A model generated the notes under the pieces. It saw only the letters and a program-made list of their open reading frames with translations. It was not told where the DNA came from and did not search any database. From a bacterium (lineage in GTDB: Bacteria; Patescibacteriota; Microgenomatia; Levybacterales; UBA12049), in assembly GCA_021777565.1 (NCBI GenBank), contig JAJYDJ010000002.1, positions 133,082-197,081 on the forward strand: DNA of 64,000 bases, read 5' to 3'. Below, in pieces: positions 54,701 to 64,000 of this stretch. The position numbers and the translations under genes were made by a program. The stretch's first letter is position 1. Each line of letters starts with the position of its first letter.

Positions 54701-57108
54701 TGAGTAATTATTTTAAAGGAGATGTTTGATGGATTGGCAGGCAGCGTCCTTGGCAAGAATGGAATGGCAGGGACTAATTGTACAGTCGCATCTTGTAGGC
54801 CAGTGAGTGACTTGAGTGCGGTGACTGCATCGCTAAAGCTTTTGCCAGCCAGTTGCCCAGAGAGAGTCTTCTCATCAATCACAGGGCGTAGTGATGCCTG
54901 GACGATAGCAGTTGCACTAATCACGTTGTTTTTACTGGTGACATTATCAAGCTTTACACTGATACCATTGTCTACAAAGGTCATGGTATTGTCGTGAACC
55001 AACTGCCCTTGTACTGTTTGTTGTAAGTCCTTGAGTGCATATACTGATGCAGAGGTCTGTACCGTAGCACTCAGGCTCAGAGTGGATGCCTGGTCACCAA
55101 GTTTGCCTGAGAATGTTTTATTCGTAACTGTCTGCTGTACGCTTTGATCTATAACTTGTTTATCACTCGTGTTATTGTTCAAAAGCGTTGGTGTTGCCTG
55201 GTCTTTTGCTTTCTGTAAAACCTGGTTAGTAAGATTTGTGATATCAGCCTGTGAGATGACGGTGATGGCTGTTTTGGTTCCACCTGTGAAGGCAGTATCG
55301 TTTTTTGCACTCATATCACTCTTACTCTCTCCACTGACGGTGAATTTTGTTCCTGCGGGGATATTGTAATCGGTGCCAATGTCTCCGGCGGTTACTGCAA
55401 CATCATTTACAATCGTGGATGGATCATCAGGTCCGCCTGAGAATGAGGCTATCACAGTGGCGCTGTCTAGTGTGAAAATAAGTCCATTGCTCGCGGTAAG
55501 TTTGGTCCCTGCCGTAAGATGTACCTCTTCTGATGCGCGACTAAAAATAGAGACAGTCCCTTTTGCCTTATTCCCAATATTTTTTGTTCCAGTTGTCTGA
55601 ATACTATCAGAGATGGTGTTGGAACTACTTACAGAAGTAACTGGGATGCTTCCATTTCCTCCTGTGGTTGTAAAGTTGACTGGGACATTTTGAGTGAGGT
55701 GTTGTGCGGCAAACGTAAGAGTAATTGTTCCTTTCAGGCCATTTCGATATGCCAGAAAAAGTCCAACACCGATAACAATAATTGCAAGAATAATAACAAT
55801 ACCAATGCCTTTCATGTGTTTGAGTGGGGAATGGATGAAAATTCCATTCATACCTTTTTGTATCCCAGAGAGGAGCCCTTGCACAAGGTCTTTGCCTCCT
55901 GTTATGAGACCAGCAGCACTTTCTCTAACCATAAGCTCACTTTCCTCTTCATCGGATTCTTCAACTCTCTCTTGTTGGTGGGAAATTTCTGGTAAATTTT
56001 CAGTGTACTCATCTGCTTCTTCTTGTGTGGCTGGCAAATGAGTAGTTGGGACGTGAGTAGGGGCGAGTGCTTTCCCTTCAGAAAAACCAAAATATTCTGC
56101 AGCAATATTATCTGATACCAAATGAGATGGCTTTTTTATCTCTTCCTGCATCTCTGGTTGTATTTTTTTCTCTTCATCGCCCTCCTCATCTGCAGGTTTT
56201 TCTTCTTTGACTTCTTCTTGTGATTGCTCTTCTTCTTCCTCATGGGTATGTCTGTGTGTCGTGTGCTGTACTGGAAGTTCATTCTCATCCTCAGGGGTAA
56301 TCTGTGGGATGGCTGTTCGAAGTGTTACTGTATCGAGTGTTGCGTTATTGATAGAAAGCCCAAGTTGAGTTGCCGTACCAAAGAGAACTCCTTGTAGATC
56401 GAAATTTGGTGCCAGAATCGTGACTTGGGGGACATGCAAAAATGGCAAGCTTTTGCTCCACTTATGGGAAAGAAAACTTTGTGAAATTTTCTCATTATCT
56501 TCCCCATCAAAAAGGACGATACGAGAAGGTAAAATTTCACTCTGTGTAAAGGTCTTAAGCATTGCATCAACTAATGTTGGGACATCTTCACTGAGTGGTT
56601 GCGCAGCACTTTCAAGAATCCTTCCTGCCCGAACGATAGAAACGCGAATTGACTCTTTGCCCATTTCTACAATGATTGCAGATACAGGAGCACCTTCTTT
56701 TTTATGAAGCAGATGAACAATTGCTTCCGTAAAGACCAGGAATCCGATTGGGGTTAGGGAAAGCTCATCACAGATTTTCTTCAACAAGGTTAGTTTTTCT
56801 TGAGTTATTCTTCCTTCTGTCGTCCAGGCTGTATGAACACCAAAGATGGTTTTATAATTTGGAATTTTCTCTGTCAGCTCTTGCTCTGCTTGACTGATGG
56901 CACGATCACAGGCATTTAAAATGTCCTCAAAGGAAGCATCTTCAAGAGGGGTGGGGAGGATACTCTCTGCAACAGAGAAAAGAGCAAGGCTTCCGTTTTT
57001 TTCTTCAAGAATAGATGCGACAATTTTTTCATCCTGCAAAAGAAGCGTCAAATAATATGACTGTTGTTTGGACGATGTCGTTTTAAGAAAAGGCAGTGAA
57101 AGTCGCAT
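54697..57108 (-). CDS. large bitopic membrane protein: cytoplasmic N-terminal domain, acidic disordered linker, single TM, Ser/Thr-rich extracellular beta-domain
   Basis: 803 aa with a TM helix at about residues 440-460 (IGIVIILAIIVIGVGLFLAY). The linker is E/D-rich and the C-terminal region is T/S/N-rich. There is no signal peptide and no LPXTG. The gene overlaps the sortase gene by 4 nt. Confidence 0.6.
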   Translation of the reverse strand: MRLSLPFLKTTSSKQQSYYLTLLLQDEKIVASILEEKNGSLALFSVAESILPTPLEDASFEDILNACDRAISQAEQELTEKIPNYKTIFGVHTAWTTEGRITQEKLTLLKKICDELSLTPIGFLVFTEAIVHLLHKKEGAPVSAIIVEMGKESIRVSIVRAGRILESAAQPLSEDVPTLVDAMLKTFTQSEILPSRIVLFDGEDNEKISQSFLSHKWSKSLPFLHVPQVTILAPNFDLQGVLFGTATQLGLSINNATLDTVTLRTAIPQITPEDENELPVQHTTHRHTHEEEEEQSQEEVKEEKPADEEGDEEKKIQPEMQEEIKKPSHLVSDNIAAEYFGFSEGKALAPTHVPTTHLPATQEEADEYTENLPEISHQQERVEESDEEESELMVRESAAGLITGGKDLVQGLLSGIQKGMNGIFIHSPLKHMKGIGIVIILAIIVIGVGLFLAYRNGLKGTITLTFAAQHLTQNVPVNFTTTGGNGSIPVTSVSSSNTISDSIQTTGTKNIGNKAKGTVSIFSRASEEVHLTAGTKLTASNGLIFTLDSATVIASFSGGPDDPSTIVNDVAVTAGDIGTDYNIPAGTKFTVSGESKSDMSAKNDTAFTGGTKTAITVISQADITNLTNQVLQKAKDQATPTLLNNNTSDKQVIDQSVQQTVTNKTFSGKLGDQASTLSLSATVQTSASVYALKDLQQTVQGQLVHDNTMTFVDNGISVKLDNVTSKNNVISATAIVQASLRPVIDEKTLSGQLAGKSFSDAVTALKSLTGLQDATVQLVPAIPFLPRTLPANPSNISFKIITQ

Positions 57109-57118
57109 ATATCACTAT

Positions 57119-58948
57119 TTATGATACCACAGCGTACAATCTCATTTGTTGCTGACCAATTTTTTCCTGTTTGGTGATCTTGAAGGACTTGATGTCAGCA
57201 GTATTCTCAACATGTGGTCCCCCACAAAGTTCTTTAGAATAGTCACCAATAAAATATACTTTTACGATGTCTTGATATTTATCTCCAAAAAGCCCGATAG
57301 CGCCTGTCTCACGTGCTTTTTCAAGAGGAAGCATCTCAAAGTGGACTGGCAGCGCTGCTGCAATTTTTTCTTTCACGATAGCTTCAACTTTGTCTATTTG
57401 CTCTTGTGTGAGTTTGTCAGGGTGATAGAAATCAAATCTCAGTCTTTCTGGGGTGATGTTAGATCCAGTCTGTCTCACATGATCTCCCAGCACGTCTCGA
57501 AGTGCTTGTTGGAGCAGATGAGTCGCCGTATGACCCTTGATCGTCAAGTCAGAGTGGTCGGCAAGGCCACCTTTAAACTTCCCTGCACTTGCAGTTCGGG
57601 AAAGATCTTTGTGTGATTTCATTTTCTCAGCAAATGCCTGATCATCAAAAGTAAACCCTAGTGATTTGATTTGTGTTGGGGAGAGGCCATGTGTGGCATA
57701 TAAAACAAACGCATCTTCAGCAGAAATTTCTTTGATCTCACCCATGATTTCATCACCACCGACTTGTTTGTATTTCTTTTCAATATATTTTTGTGCTTCA
57801 TGACGAGTGTGCGCATATTTTTGCTCTTCTTCAAGGATGGTAAGCTTAATTTCTTCAAAATGCTCTGCCAAGGTGGGATCAGTCTCCGTGTATTGGTTCA
57901 CGATTGCGGTCAAAACAGGAGTGATATCTTTGCCACCAAGCGTCTCAAAACTGTCAAAGCTGCGACGTAAAAGTTTTCTCAAGATATATCCTTGTTCTTT
58001 GTTGGATGGCTTAATCCCAGCATGAATAATGAAACAAGAAGACGAAAGATGTGCGGTAATCATACGCATGTGTTTGGCATGGGTGTCGTAGGTCTTATCG
58101 GTTGCCTTCTCAAGACTCTCAATAACAGGCTTGAACAGAGAGGTTAGAAAGACGTCAGGCTCGTTCTCTGTGGCCATAATGAGTCTTTCCAGTCCTCCTC
58201 CAAAATCCACATTCCTTTGGGCAAGTTGTTCAAAACTGCCATCTTCAGCTTTCTTATATTCCATAAATACGTTATTCCCAATTTCAATATACCGACCACA
58301 ATCACAGTTAATATGGCAAGGTTCATCCCTCCATGGACTATTTTCATGGATTTTCAAGTCTGCTCCGAAATCATAAAACATCTCTGTATCTGGTCCACCC
58401 AACTCTCCTGAAGGCATGTTCTCGGGAACACCTGCGCGTGACCACCAATTCTTCTTTGGCCCATAAGGGAAAATACGACCTTCTGCCAAAACGCCTGCTT
58501 TTTCAAATTGTTCTGTCCAGATACGGATAGAATCAGTGTCTTTTGGAATACTCTGATAGCCGTCAAACACGCTCGTGTAGAGTCTGTGGGGATCAATACC
58601 TAGTTTTTTAGTTAAAAAAGTGAACATCCAGGGGATTTGTTCTTCCTTAAAATAGTCACCCAGAGACCAGTTCCCAATCATGCGAAAGAGCGTAAGGTGA
58701 CGATTATCTCCCACTTCATCAATGTCATCCATTGCTCCTTGACCCCGAAATACGTTCTGGACGTTCACAAATCGTTTGCCCTGAGGGTGTGGTTCACCTG
58801 CAAGATAAGGAATAAGCGGCTGCATACCACTGGAAGTAAAAAGCGTAGTTGGGTCATTCTCAGGCACGAGAGGGGCATTGGGGATCTGGACATGGCCATT
58901 TTCCTTGTAAAAAGAGACATAGTTATCAATAATTTGTTTTCCAGTCAT
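57119..58948 (-). CDS. alaS: alanine--tRNA ligase (short form lacking the C-Ala domain)
   Basis: TTLFTSSGMQPLIPY and GDYFK are class II motifs. The editing domain is present (HTATHLLQQALR, LCGGPHVENT). 609 aa. TATAAT plus 6 nt lies upstream of the ATG on the minus strand. Confidence 0.9.
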   Translation of the reverse strand: MTGKQIIDNYVSFYKENGHVQIPNAPLVPENDPTTLFTSSGMQPLIPYLAGEPHPQGKRFVNVQNVFRGQGAMDDIDEVGDNRHLTLFRMIGNWSLGDYFKEEQIPWMFTFLTKKLGIDPHRLYTSVFDGYQSIPKDTDSIRIWTEQFEKAGVLAEGRIFPYGPKKNWWSRAGVPENMPSGELGGPDTEMFYDFGADLKIHENSPWRDEPCHINCDCGRYIEIGNNVFMEYKKAEDGSFEQLAQRNVDFGGGLERLIMATENEPDVFLTSLFKPVIESLEKATDKTYDTHAKHMRMITAHLSSSCFIIHAGIKPSNKEQGYILRKLLRRSFDSFETLGGKDITPVLTAIVNQYTETDPTLAEHFEEIKLTILEEEQKYAHTRHEAQKYIEKKYKQVGGDEIMGEIKEISAEDAFVLYATHGLSPTQIKSLGFTFDDQAFAEKMKSHKDLSRTASAGKFKGGLADHSDLTIKGHTATHLLQQALRDVLGDHVRQTGSNITPERLRFDFYHPDKLTQEQIDKVEAIVKEKIAAALPVHFEMLPLEKARETGAIGLFGDKYQDIVKVYFIGDYSKELCGGPHVENTADIKSFKITKQEKIGQQQMRLYAVVS

Positions 58949-58969
58949 GAATCTATTATAGCCTAGGTG

Positions 58970-58999
58970 TTGACAGAAAGTGAAGACCTATGGTATAAA
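58970..58999 (+). promoter_or_regulatory. sigma70-like promoter TTGACA-18-TATAAA for rpoBC, divergent from alaS
   Basis: gTTGACAgaaagtgaagacctatggTATAAAa, about 95 nt upstream of the rpoB ATG. Confidence 0.45.
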
Positions 59000-59037
59000 A
59001 CGGGTACCTTAGTTTTATACGTAAAGGTAATAGAAAC

Positions 59038-59068
59038 AAGAGGTAATATATATCCTCTTTGTTTTTTG
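59038..59068 (+). terminator. terminator-like hairpin (AAGAGG-taatatatat-CCTCTT + TGTTTTTTG) in the rpoB leader: candidate attenuator
   Basis: A stem-loop followed by a U-rich tract ~25 nt upstream of the rpoB start. Confidence 0.4.
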
Positions 59069-59091
59069 TCGTATAAACCACCAACGCGCCG

Positions 59092-62000
59092 ATGCCGAAA
59101 CAACAACAACAACCAATTACACGAGAATACTGGGGCAAGGAAGAAAAACACCTCCCGAAATTGGACTTGCTTGCTATCCAAAAAAACTCATACAAATGGT
59201 TTGTTGAAAAGGCAATTGGTGACGTCCTCAACGAGATCTCCCCAATTAATGACTTTACTGACAAGAACTGGAGTCTTTCCTTTGATAGTTACCGTATTGG
59301 AAAGCCATCCATGACAGTAAGTGAAAGTCTACAGAAAGGAGCGACATACGACGCTCCTTTATATGTTGAGACAACACTCACCAACAAAAGAGACAATACT
59401 TCACAAAAACAAGAAATCTTCCTTGGTGATATTCCACAAATGACTGATCGTGGTACTTTTATCGTCAGTGGTATTGAAAGAGCAGTCATTAACCAGATTG
59501 TTCGTTCATCCGGTGTTTTCTTTACCGCCGCAGCAGATGCAGTGACAGGAAAAGCACTCTACAATGCAGAAATTCGTCCACAACATGGTGTCTGGCTTGA
59601 ATTTGCAACAACTCGTCAGGGAACAATCACCGTAAAGGTTGATCGTCGCCGCAAATTCCCAGTAACAACTCTTCTTCGCGCTCTTGGTATCTCTTCCAAT
59701 GAGGAATTAATGGAAAAATTTGCAGGGGTACAGGACAAAAATGGATTTATTGAACAAACTCTTCAAAAAGATGAAACAACAAGTACTACAGAAGCTCTTA
59801 TTGAAATTTTTAAGAAAATGCGACCAGGTGAGCCTGTCGTTATCGAGAAGGTCCGTGAAAGTATTCACGGACTTTTCTTTCATGCACGACGCTATGATCT
59901 TGGCGAAGTCGGTCGTTATAAGGTTAATAAAAAGCTCGGTGATCTTCCAGAATTTACTTCAAGTACAGAAAGAACCCTCACTCTCAATGATATTATCGGA
60001 ACCGTTGCCTACTTAATCGCACTGTCAAATGGCGATCAGCGAACAATCGTTGATGATATTGATAGTCTTGCTCACCGTCGCGTACGAAGTGTTGGAGAAT
60101 TGGTTGCTACAACTGCATTCCGCGTGGGTGTTCTTCGTCTTGAGCGCGCAGTGAAAGAAAGAATGAGTCTTTTGTCTTTTGACGAACCAGTTGCAATTAG
60201 TTCTCTTATTAATGCTCGTCCAATTGTCGCATCTTTGAACGAGTTCTTTAGAACTTCCCAGCTCTCTTCTATCCTTGACCAAACCAACCCACTCTCAGAA
60301 GTAGAAATTCTCAGTCGTCTGACCGTTATGGGTCAAGGTGGTATTCAAAGAGATCGTGCAGCATTCTCCATTCGCGACATTAACGCATCACAGTATGGTC
60401 GTGTCTGTCCAGTTAAGAGTCCTGAAGGTCCAAACATCGGTTTGGTTACCTATCTGACTTTGTACGCTCGCGTAAATGAGTATGGATTCCTGGAAACCCC
60501 ATATCGAAAAGTAGAGAATGGCAAGGCGACAGATGAAGTAGTGTACATGGACGCAGCTGACGAAGCAAAATTCTATATCACCCACGCTGGAGTACTCGGT
60601 GAAAAAGATGAGATTGCAGCTGATCGTGTCCCAGCTCGTTATCGTGGTGAATTTACTGAAATCGAAAAAGAAAAAGTATCCTATGTTGACGTTTCACCAC
60701 GTCAAGTTATTGGTGCCTCTACTTCTCTGATCCCATTTGTGGCTCATGACGAAGCACAGCGCGCGCTCATGGGTACCCACATGCAGTGGCAGGCAGTTCC
60801 TTTGGTAAAGCCAGCGAGTCCAATCGTTGGAACTGGTATGGAAGGCCCAATTGCACAAGTCATGGGTAAAGTTGTTCACGCTCCATTTGATGGTGTCATC
60901 GCAAAAGCAGATGCAAACGGTGTCCTCTTGGAAGGTAAGAATGAAAAAGCAGGATTCCCAATTGAGTCATTCTCTCGTACTGCAGCTACAACTGCCTACA
61001 CTCAGCGAGCCGTTGTAAAGACAGGCGATAAGGTAAAGAAAGGTGATCTCCTTATTGATGGTCCATCAAGTGAAAATGGAGAATTGGCACTTGGACAAAA
61101 TCTTTTAGTCGCATACATGTCTTTGGATGGTCTGGAATTTGAAGACGCTATGGTTATCTCTGATCGTCTGGTTAAAGAAGATATTCTTTCAAGTATTCAT
61201 ATCGAGAAATATGAAACAACGGTTGTTGATACCAAACTTGGCCCAGAAGAATTGACTCGCGATTTGGCAAACGTTGCAGAAGATGAATTAAAGAATCTCG
61301 ATGAGCGTGGTATCGTCTATCTCGGTGCTGAAGTTGATCCTGGATCTATCTTGGTTGGTAAAATTGCACCGAAAGGTGAGACAGAATTGACTGCTGAAGA
61401 AAGACTCTTGCGCGCTATCTTTGGTGAACAGGCACGAGAAGTCCGTGATACATCACTACGCATGCCACACGGTGAGCGAGGAATTGTAACCAATATTCAG
61501 ATTCTTGATCGTAAAGATGGGGTTGAACTCGAACCAGGGGCACTCCAGAGAATTATTGTAGAGGTTGCACAACTTCGCCACGTAGTCGTTGGAGACAAAC
61601 TCGCTGGACGCCATGGGAATAAGGGTGTTATTTCACGCATCTTGCCTGAGGCTGACATGCCATATATTGAGGGTGGTCGTCACGTTGATATCATTATTCG
61701 TCCAGCATCAGTTCTGGCACGTATGAACTTGGGCCAGGTTTTGGAAGCACATCTTGGTTTGGCGGCTGAGAAGCTGAACAAGAAAGTTGCTCTTCCAGTC
61801 TTTGACAAGGTCAATGAAGATAAGATCGTAGAGCATCTGCAGGAAGCTGGCTACCCAACAGATGGCAAATTGAAGCTGTTTGATGGACGAACTGGTGAAG
61901 CATATGAACACCCAGTTGTCGTTGGTATCGGCTATATCATGAAGCTTATCCATATGGTTGAGGATAAGACACATGCTCGTTCAACTGGTCCATATTCTCT

Positions 62001-62481
62001 GGTTACCCAGCAGCCACTTGGTGGTAAAGCACAAATGGGAGGTCAGAGACTTGGAGAAATGGAAGTTTGGGCACTTGAGGCACATCGTGCACGATATATC
62101 TTGCAAGAAATGCTTACGATCAAATCAGATGATGTGGTCGGACGAAGTAAGGCATTTGAAGCAATGGTCAAGGGTACTGATATTCCAACACCAATGGTTC
62201 CAGAATCATTTAATGTGTTGATGCGCGAACTTGAAGCACTTGCGATTAACGTAAAACCTGTTAGTGCGTCAGTAGTAACGGATGATGCGACAACACCAGT
62301 GACGCCAGCAGATGACGTTGCTGCACTTGCTGAAGAAGAAAAAGTAGAAAAGCAGGCAAAAGAGCTTGAAGAAGAACTCGGTGCCTCTAGCGAAGGTGAG
62401 CCCGGAGATGATACAATGGAGGCCAACCCAATGGATATTGCAGAAGAAGGTCCACAGACAGAAGAACTGATTGAAGGATAA
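59092..62481 (+). CDS. rpoB: DNA-directed RNA polymerase subunit beta
   Basis: 1129 aa with conserved blocks ([13 protein letters not shown], the rifampicin-cluster region and a C-terminal acidic tail). Confidence 0.95.
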   Translation: MPKQQQQPITREYWGKEEKHLPKLDLLAIQKNSYKWFVEKAIGDVLNEISPINDFTDKNWSLSFDSYRIGKPSMTVSESLQKGATYDAPLYVETTLTNKRDNTSQKQEIFLGDIPQMTDRGTFIVSGIERAVINQIVRSSGVFFTAAADAVTGKALYNAEIRPQHGVWLEFATTRQGTITVKVDRRRKFPVTTLLRALGISSNEELMEKFAGVQDKNGFIEQTLQKDETTSTTEALIEIFKKMRPGEPVVIEKVRESIHGLFFHARRYDLGEVGRYKVNKKLGDLPEFTSSTERTLTLNDIIGTVAYLIALSNGDQRTIVDDIDSLAHRRVRSVGELVATTAFRVGVLRLERAVKERMSLLSFDEPVAISSLINARPIVASLNEFFRTSQLSSILDQTNPLSEVEILSRLTVMGQGGIQRDRAAFSIRDINASQYGRVCPVKSPEGPNIGLVTYLTLYARVNEYGFLETPYRKVENGKATDEVVYMDAADEAKFYITHAGVLGEKDEIAADRVPARYRGEFTEIEKEKVSYVDVSPRQVIGASTSLIPFVAHDEAQRALMGTHMQWQAVPLVKPASPIVGTGMEGPIAQVMGKVVHAPFDGVIAKADANGVLLEGKNEKAGFPIESFSRTAATTAYTQRAVVKTGDKVKKGDLLIDGPSSENGELALGQNLLVAYMSLDGLEFEDAMVISDRLVKEDILSSIHIEKYETTVVDTKLGPEELTRDLANVAEDELKNLDERGIVYLGAEVDPGSILVGKIAPKGETELTAEERLLRAIFGEQAREVRDTSLRMPHGERGIVTNIQILDRKDGVELEPGALQRIIVEVAQLRHVVVGDKLAGRHGNKGVISRILPEADMPYIEGGRHVDIIIRPASVLARMNLGQVLEAHLGLAAEKLNKKVALPVFDKVNEDKIVEHLQEAGYPTDGKLKLFDGRTGEAYEHPVVVGIGYIMKLIHMVEDKTHARSTGPYSLVTQQPLGGKAQMGGQRLGEMEVWALEAHRARYILQEMLTIKSDDVVGRSKAFEAMVKGTDIPTPMVPESFNVLMRELEALAINVKPVSASVVTDDATTPVTPADDVAALAEEEKVEKQAKELEEELGASSEGEPGDDTMEANPMDIAEEGPQTEELIEG

Positions 62482-62485
62482 TTTT

Positions 62486-64000
62486 ATGGCAGAAAACATG
62501 AAACAAAAGAAAAATATTAAATTTGTAGACTTTCAAGGTCTGCAGGTGCTTCTCGCATCCAAGCAAGACATTCTTGATTGGTCATATGGTGAAGTAACCA
62601 AGCCAGAAACGATTAACTATCGTACGCTTCGTCCTGAGAAAGACGGGCTTTTTGATGAAAGAATCTTTGGTCCAACAAAAGACTGGGAATGTTATTGTGG
62701 AAAGTATAAGAGAATTCGTTACAAGGGTGTTATTTGCGACAAGTGTGGTGTTGAAGTAACTCTCTCTCGTGTACGTCGTGAGCGCATGGGTCATATTACG
62801 CTTGCAGCTCCATCAGCACACGTATGGTTCTTCAAGGGTGCATCAAGTCCACTGTCTACCTTGATTGATGTCTCACAGAAGAGTCTGGAAGCAGTTATTT
62901 ACTACGCATCTCACGTAGTGGTGACTCTTGATGAACAGAAGAAAAAAGATGCACTTGCAGAATTAAATGACAGTATTGAAAAGCGTAAAGCAAATCTTGA
63001 ACAAAGTCGCAAACAAGAAGAAGCAGCACTCACAGAAGATGTAGAAACCAAGATCAAGGAAGCAAAAGATCGTGGTAATAAAGAGCAACAAAAACTGGTT
63101 GAACAAGAACTAACTCTTTCTCTTCGCCAGAAATTAGCACGCCTGACAGAGCGCGTAGAAGGTGAACTCAAAAAAGTTGATGAAATTGCAGCAGTACTCT
63201 CAACACTTCTTAAGAATTTGCATGTTGGTAGTGTGATTTCTGAAGAAGAATATTACAAAGTATTAGAATACGAAATTCCAGAATTCTTCACCATCAAAAC
63301 TGGTGCTGAAGCCTTGAAAGAACTTCTTGAAAAAATGGATTTTGATGAAGAAATTGTTAGACTTCGTGGTGAACTCGAGAAAGCAACTTCCCAGCGTTAT
63401 CTCAAGCTCATTAAGCGTCTTCGCTTGATGGAATCCATGAAAAAAGCAGGTATCAAGCCAGTATCTCTTCTTTTGGAAGTATTACCAGTTCTTCCATCAG
63501 ATCTTCGTCCTATGGTTCAGCTCGCTGGTGGACGTTTTGCAACCAGTGATTTGAACGATTTGTATCGTCGTGTGATTAACCGAAACAACCGTCTTAAGCA
63601 CCTTATTGGTCTTGGCGCGCCTGAAATCATTCTGCGTAACGAAAAGCGCATGCTTCAGGAAGCAGTTGATGCCTTGATTGATGAACCACAGCGCTCATCT
63701 CAAACCTTGACCAACCCACTGCGATCTCTCTCAGAACTTCTCAGAGGGAAGCAGGGACGATTCCGAGGTAATCTCTTGGGTAAGCGCGTTGACTACTCTG
63801 GACGTTCAGTTATCGTTGTCGGACCAGACTTGAAACTTAATCAGTGTGGTTTGCCAAAGGATATGGCACTTGAAATGTTCAAGCCATTTGTTCTTCGTGA
63901 AGTTATCGTTCGTGGGTATGCTCCAAACATCAAATCAGCCAAGCGATTTATTGAGCGACGTCCACCAGAAGTTTTTGATATTTTGGAAGAAATTACTAAG
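62486..64000 (+). CDS. rpoC: DNA-directed RNA polymerase subunit beta' (5' portion; continues past the window end)
   Basis: The ATG lies 4 nt after the rpoB stop. [24 protein letters not shown] zinc-binding motif and NADFDGDQM-region upstream blocks are present. Confidence 0.95.
   Translation, partial: MAENMKQKKNIKFVDFQGLQVLLASKQDILDWSYGEVTKPETINYRTLRPEKDGLFDERIFGPTKDWECYCGKYKRIRYKGVICDKCGVEVTLSRVRRERMGHITLAAPSAHVWFFKGASSPLSTLIDVSQKSLEAVIYYASHVVVTLDEQKKKDALAELNDSIEKRKANLEQSRKQEEAALTEDVETKIKEAKDRGNKEQQKLVEQELTLSLRQKLARLTERVEGELKKVDEIAAVLSTLLKNLHVGSVISEEEYYKVLEYEIPEFFTIKTGAEALKELLEKMDFDEEIVRLRGELEKATSQRYLKLIKRLRLMESMKKAGIKPVSLLLEVLPVLPSDLRPMVQLAGGRFATSDLNDLYRRVINRNNRLKHLIGLGAPEIILRNEKRMLQEAVDALIDEPQRSSQTLTNPLRSLSELLRGKQGRFRGNLLGKRVDYSGRSVIVVGPDLKLNQCGLPKDMALEMFKPFVLREVIVRGYAPNIKSAKRFIERRPPEVFDILEEITK

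Noticed and set aside
1-64000. CRISPR arrays, tRNA/rRNA genes, IS elements or integrases
   Set aside because: No direct-repeat or spacer periodicity, no tRNA-like T-arm/anticodon structures in the short intergenic gaps, and no transposase or integrase motifs were seen. Coding density leaves almost no room for them.

Overview
This 64 kb window looks like a densely packed, mostly single-orientation slice of a small, low-GC (~42%) bacterial genome with a Gram-positive-like envelope. The gene content fits a Candidate Phyla Radiation / Patescibacteria-type reduced genome, but I could not run a search to confirm that. Housekeeping genes dominate: trxA-trxB, trpS, ftsH, recF, pth, tatD, metG, hrcA-grpE-dnaK-dnaJ, nusA-infB, rpsO-pnp, rnj, ftsK, mltG, alaS and rpoB-rpoC. 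Several of these are notably short (IF-2 472 aa, AlaRS 609 aa, HrcA 242 aa, DnaJ without a zinc finger). Interspersed are archaeal-flavoured genes: an ATP-dependent DNA ligase immediately followed by an EndoQ-like PHP/zinc-finger endonuclease, and an AMP/thymidine-phosphorylase-family enzyme. A ~8 kb cell-envelope glycan island lies at 22.8-31.1 kb. It holds a processive GT2 synthase with QxxRW, two GT-C-fold membrane proteins, a possible GtrA-like small membrane protein, a WecA/MraY-family phosphotransferase, a UbiA-family homolog of decaprenyl-phosphate phosphoribosyltransferase, plus PEGA and TspO proteins. There is a sortase next to an 803-aa bitopic surface protein, a membrane-anchored Hsp100/Clp-like ATPase with a degenerate first ATPase domain, and a degenerate DHH-family protein. 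A ~1 kb higher-GC island (16.3-17.35 kb) encodes a YkgJ-type CxxCxxCC protein and a small Thr/Val-rich protein. That small gene has its own long leader, SD and strong terminator. The most striking sequence-level pattern is the start-site architecture. At about 20 genes a -10-like hexamer (consensus TATACT/TATAAT/TACAAT, often with an extended TGn) sits 5-8 nt upstream of the ATG. This implies pervasive leaderless mRNAs. I found no rRNA, tRNA, CRISPR array or obvious mobile element. Coordinates of small motifs are hand-counted and may be off by 1-2 nt.
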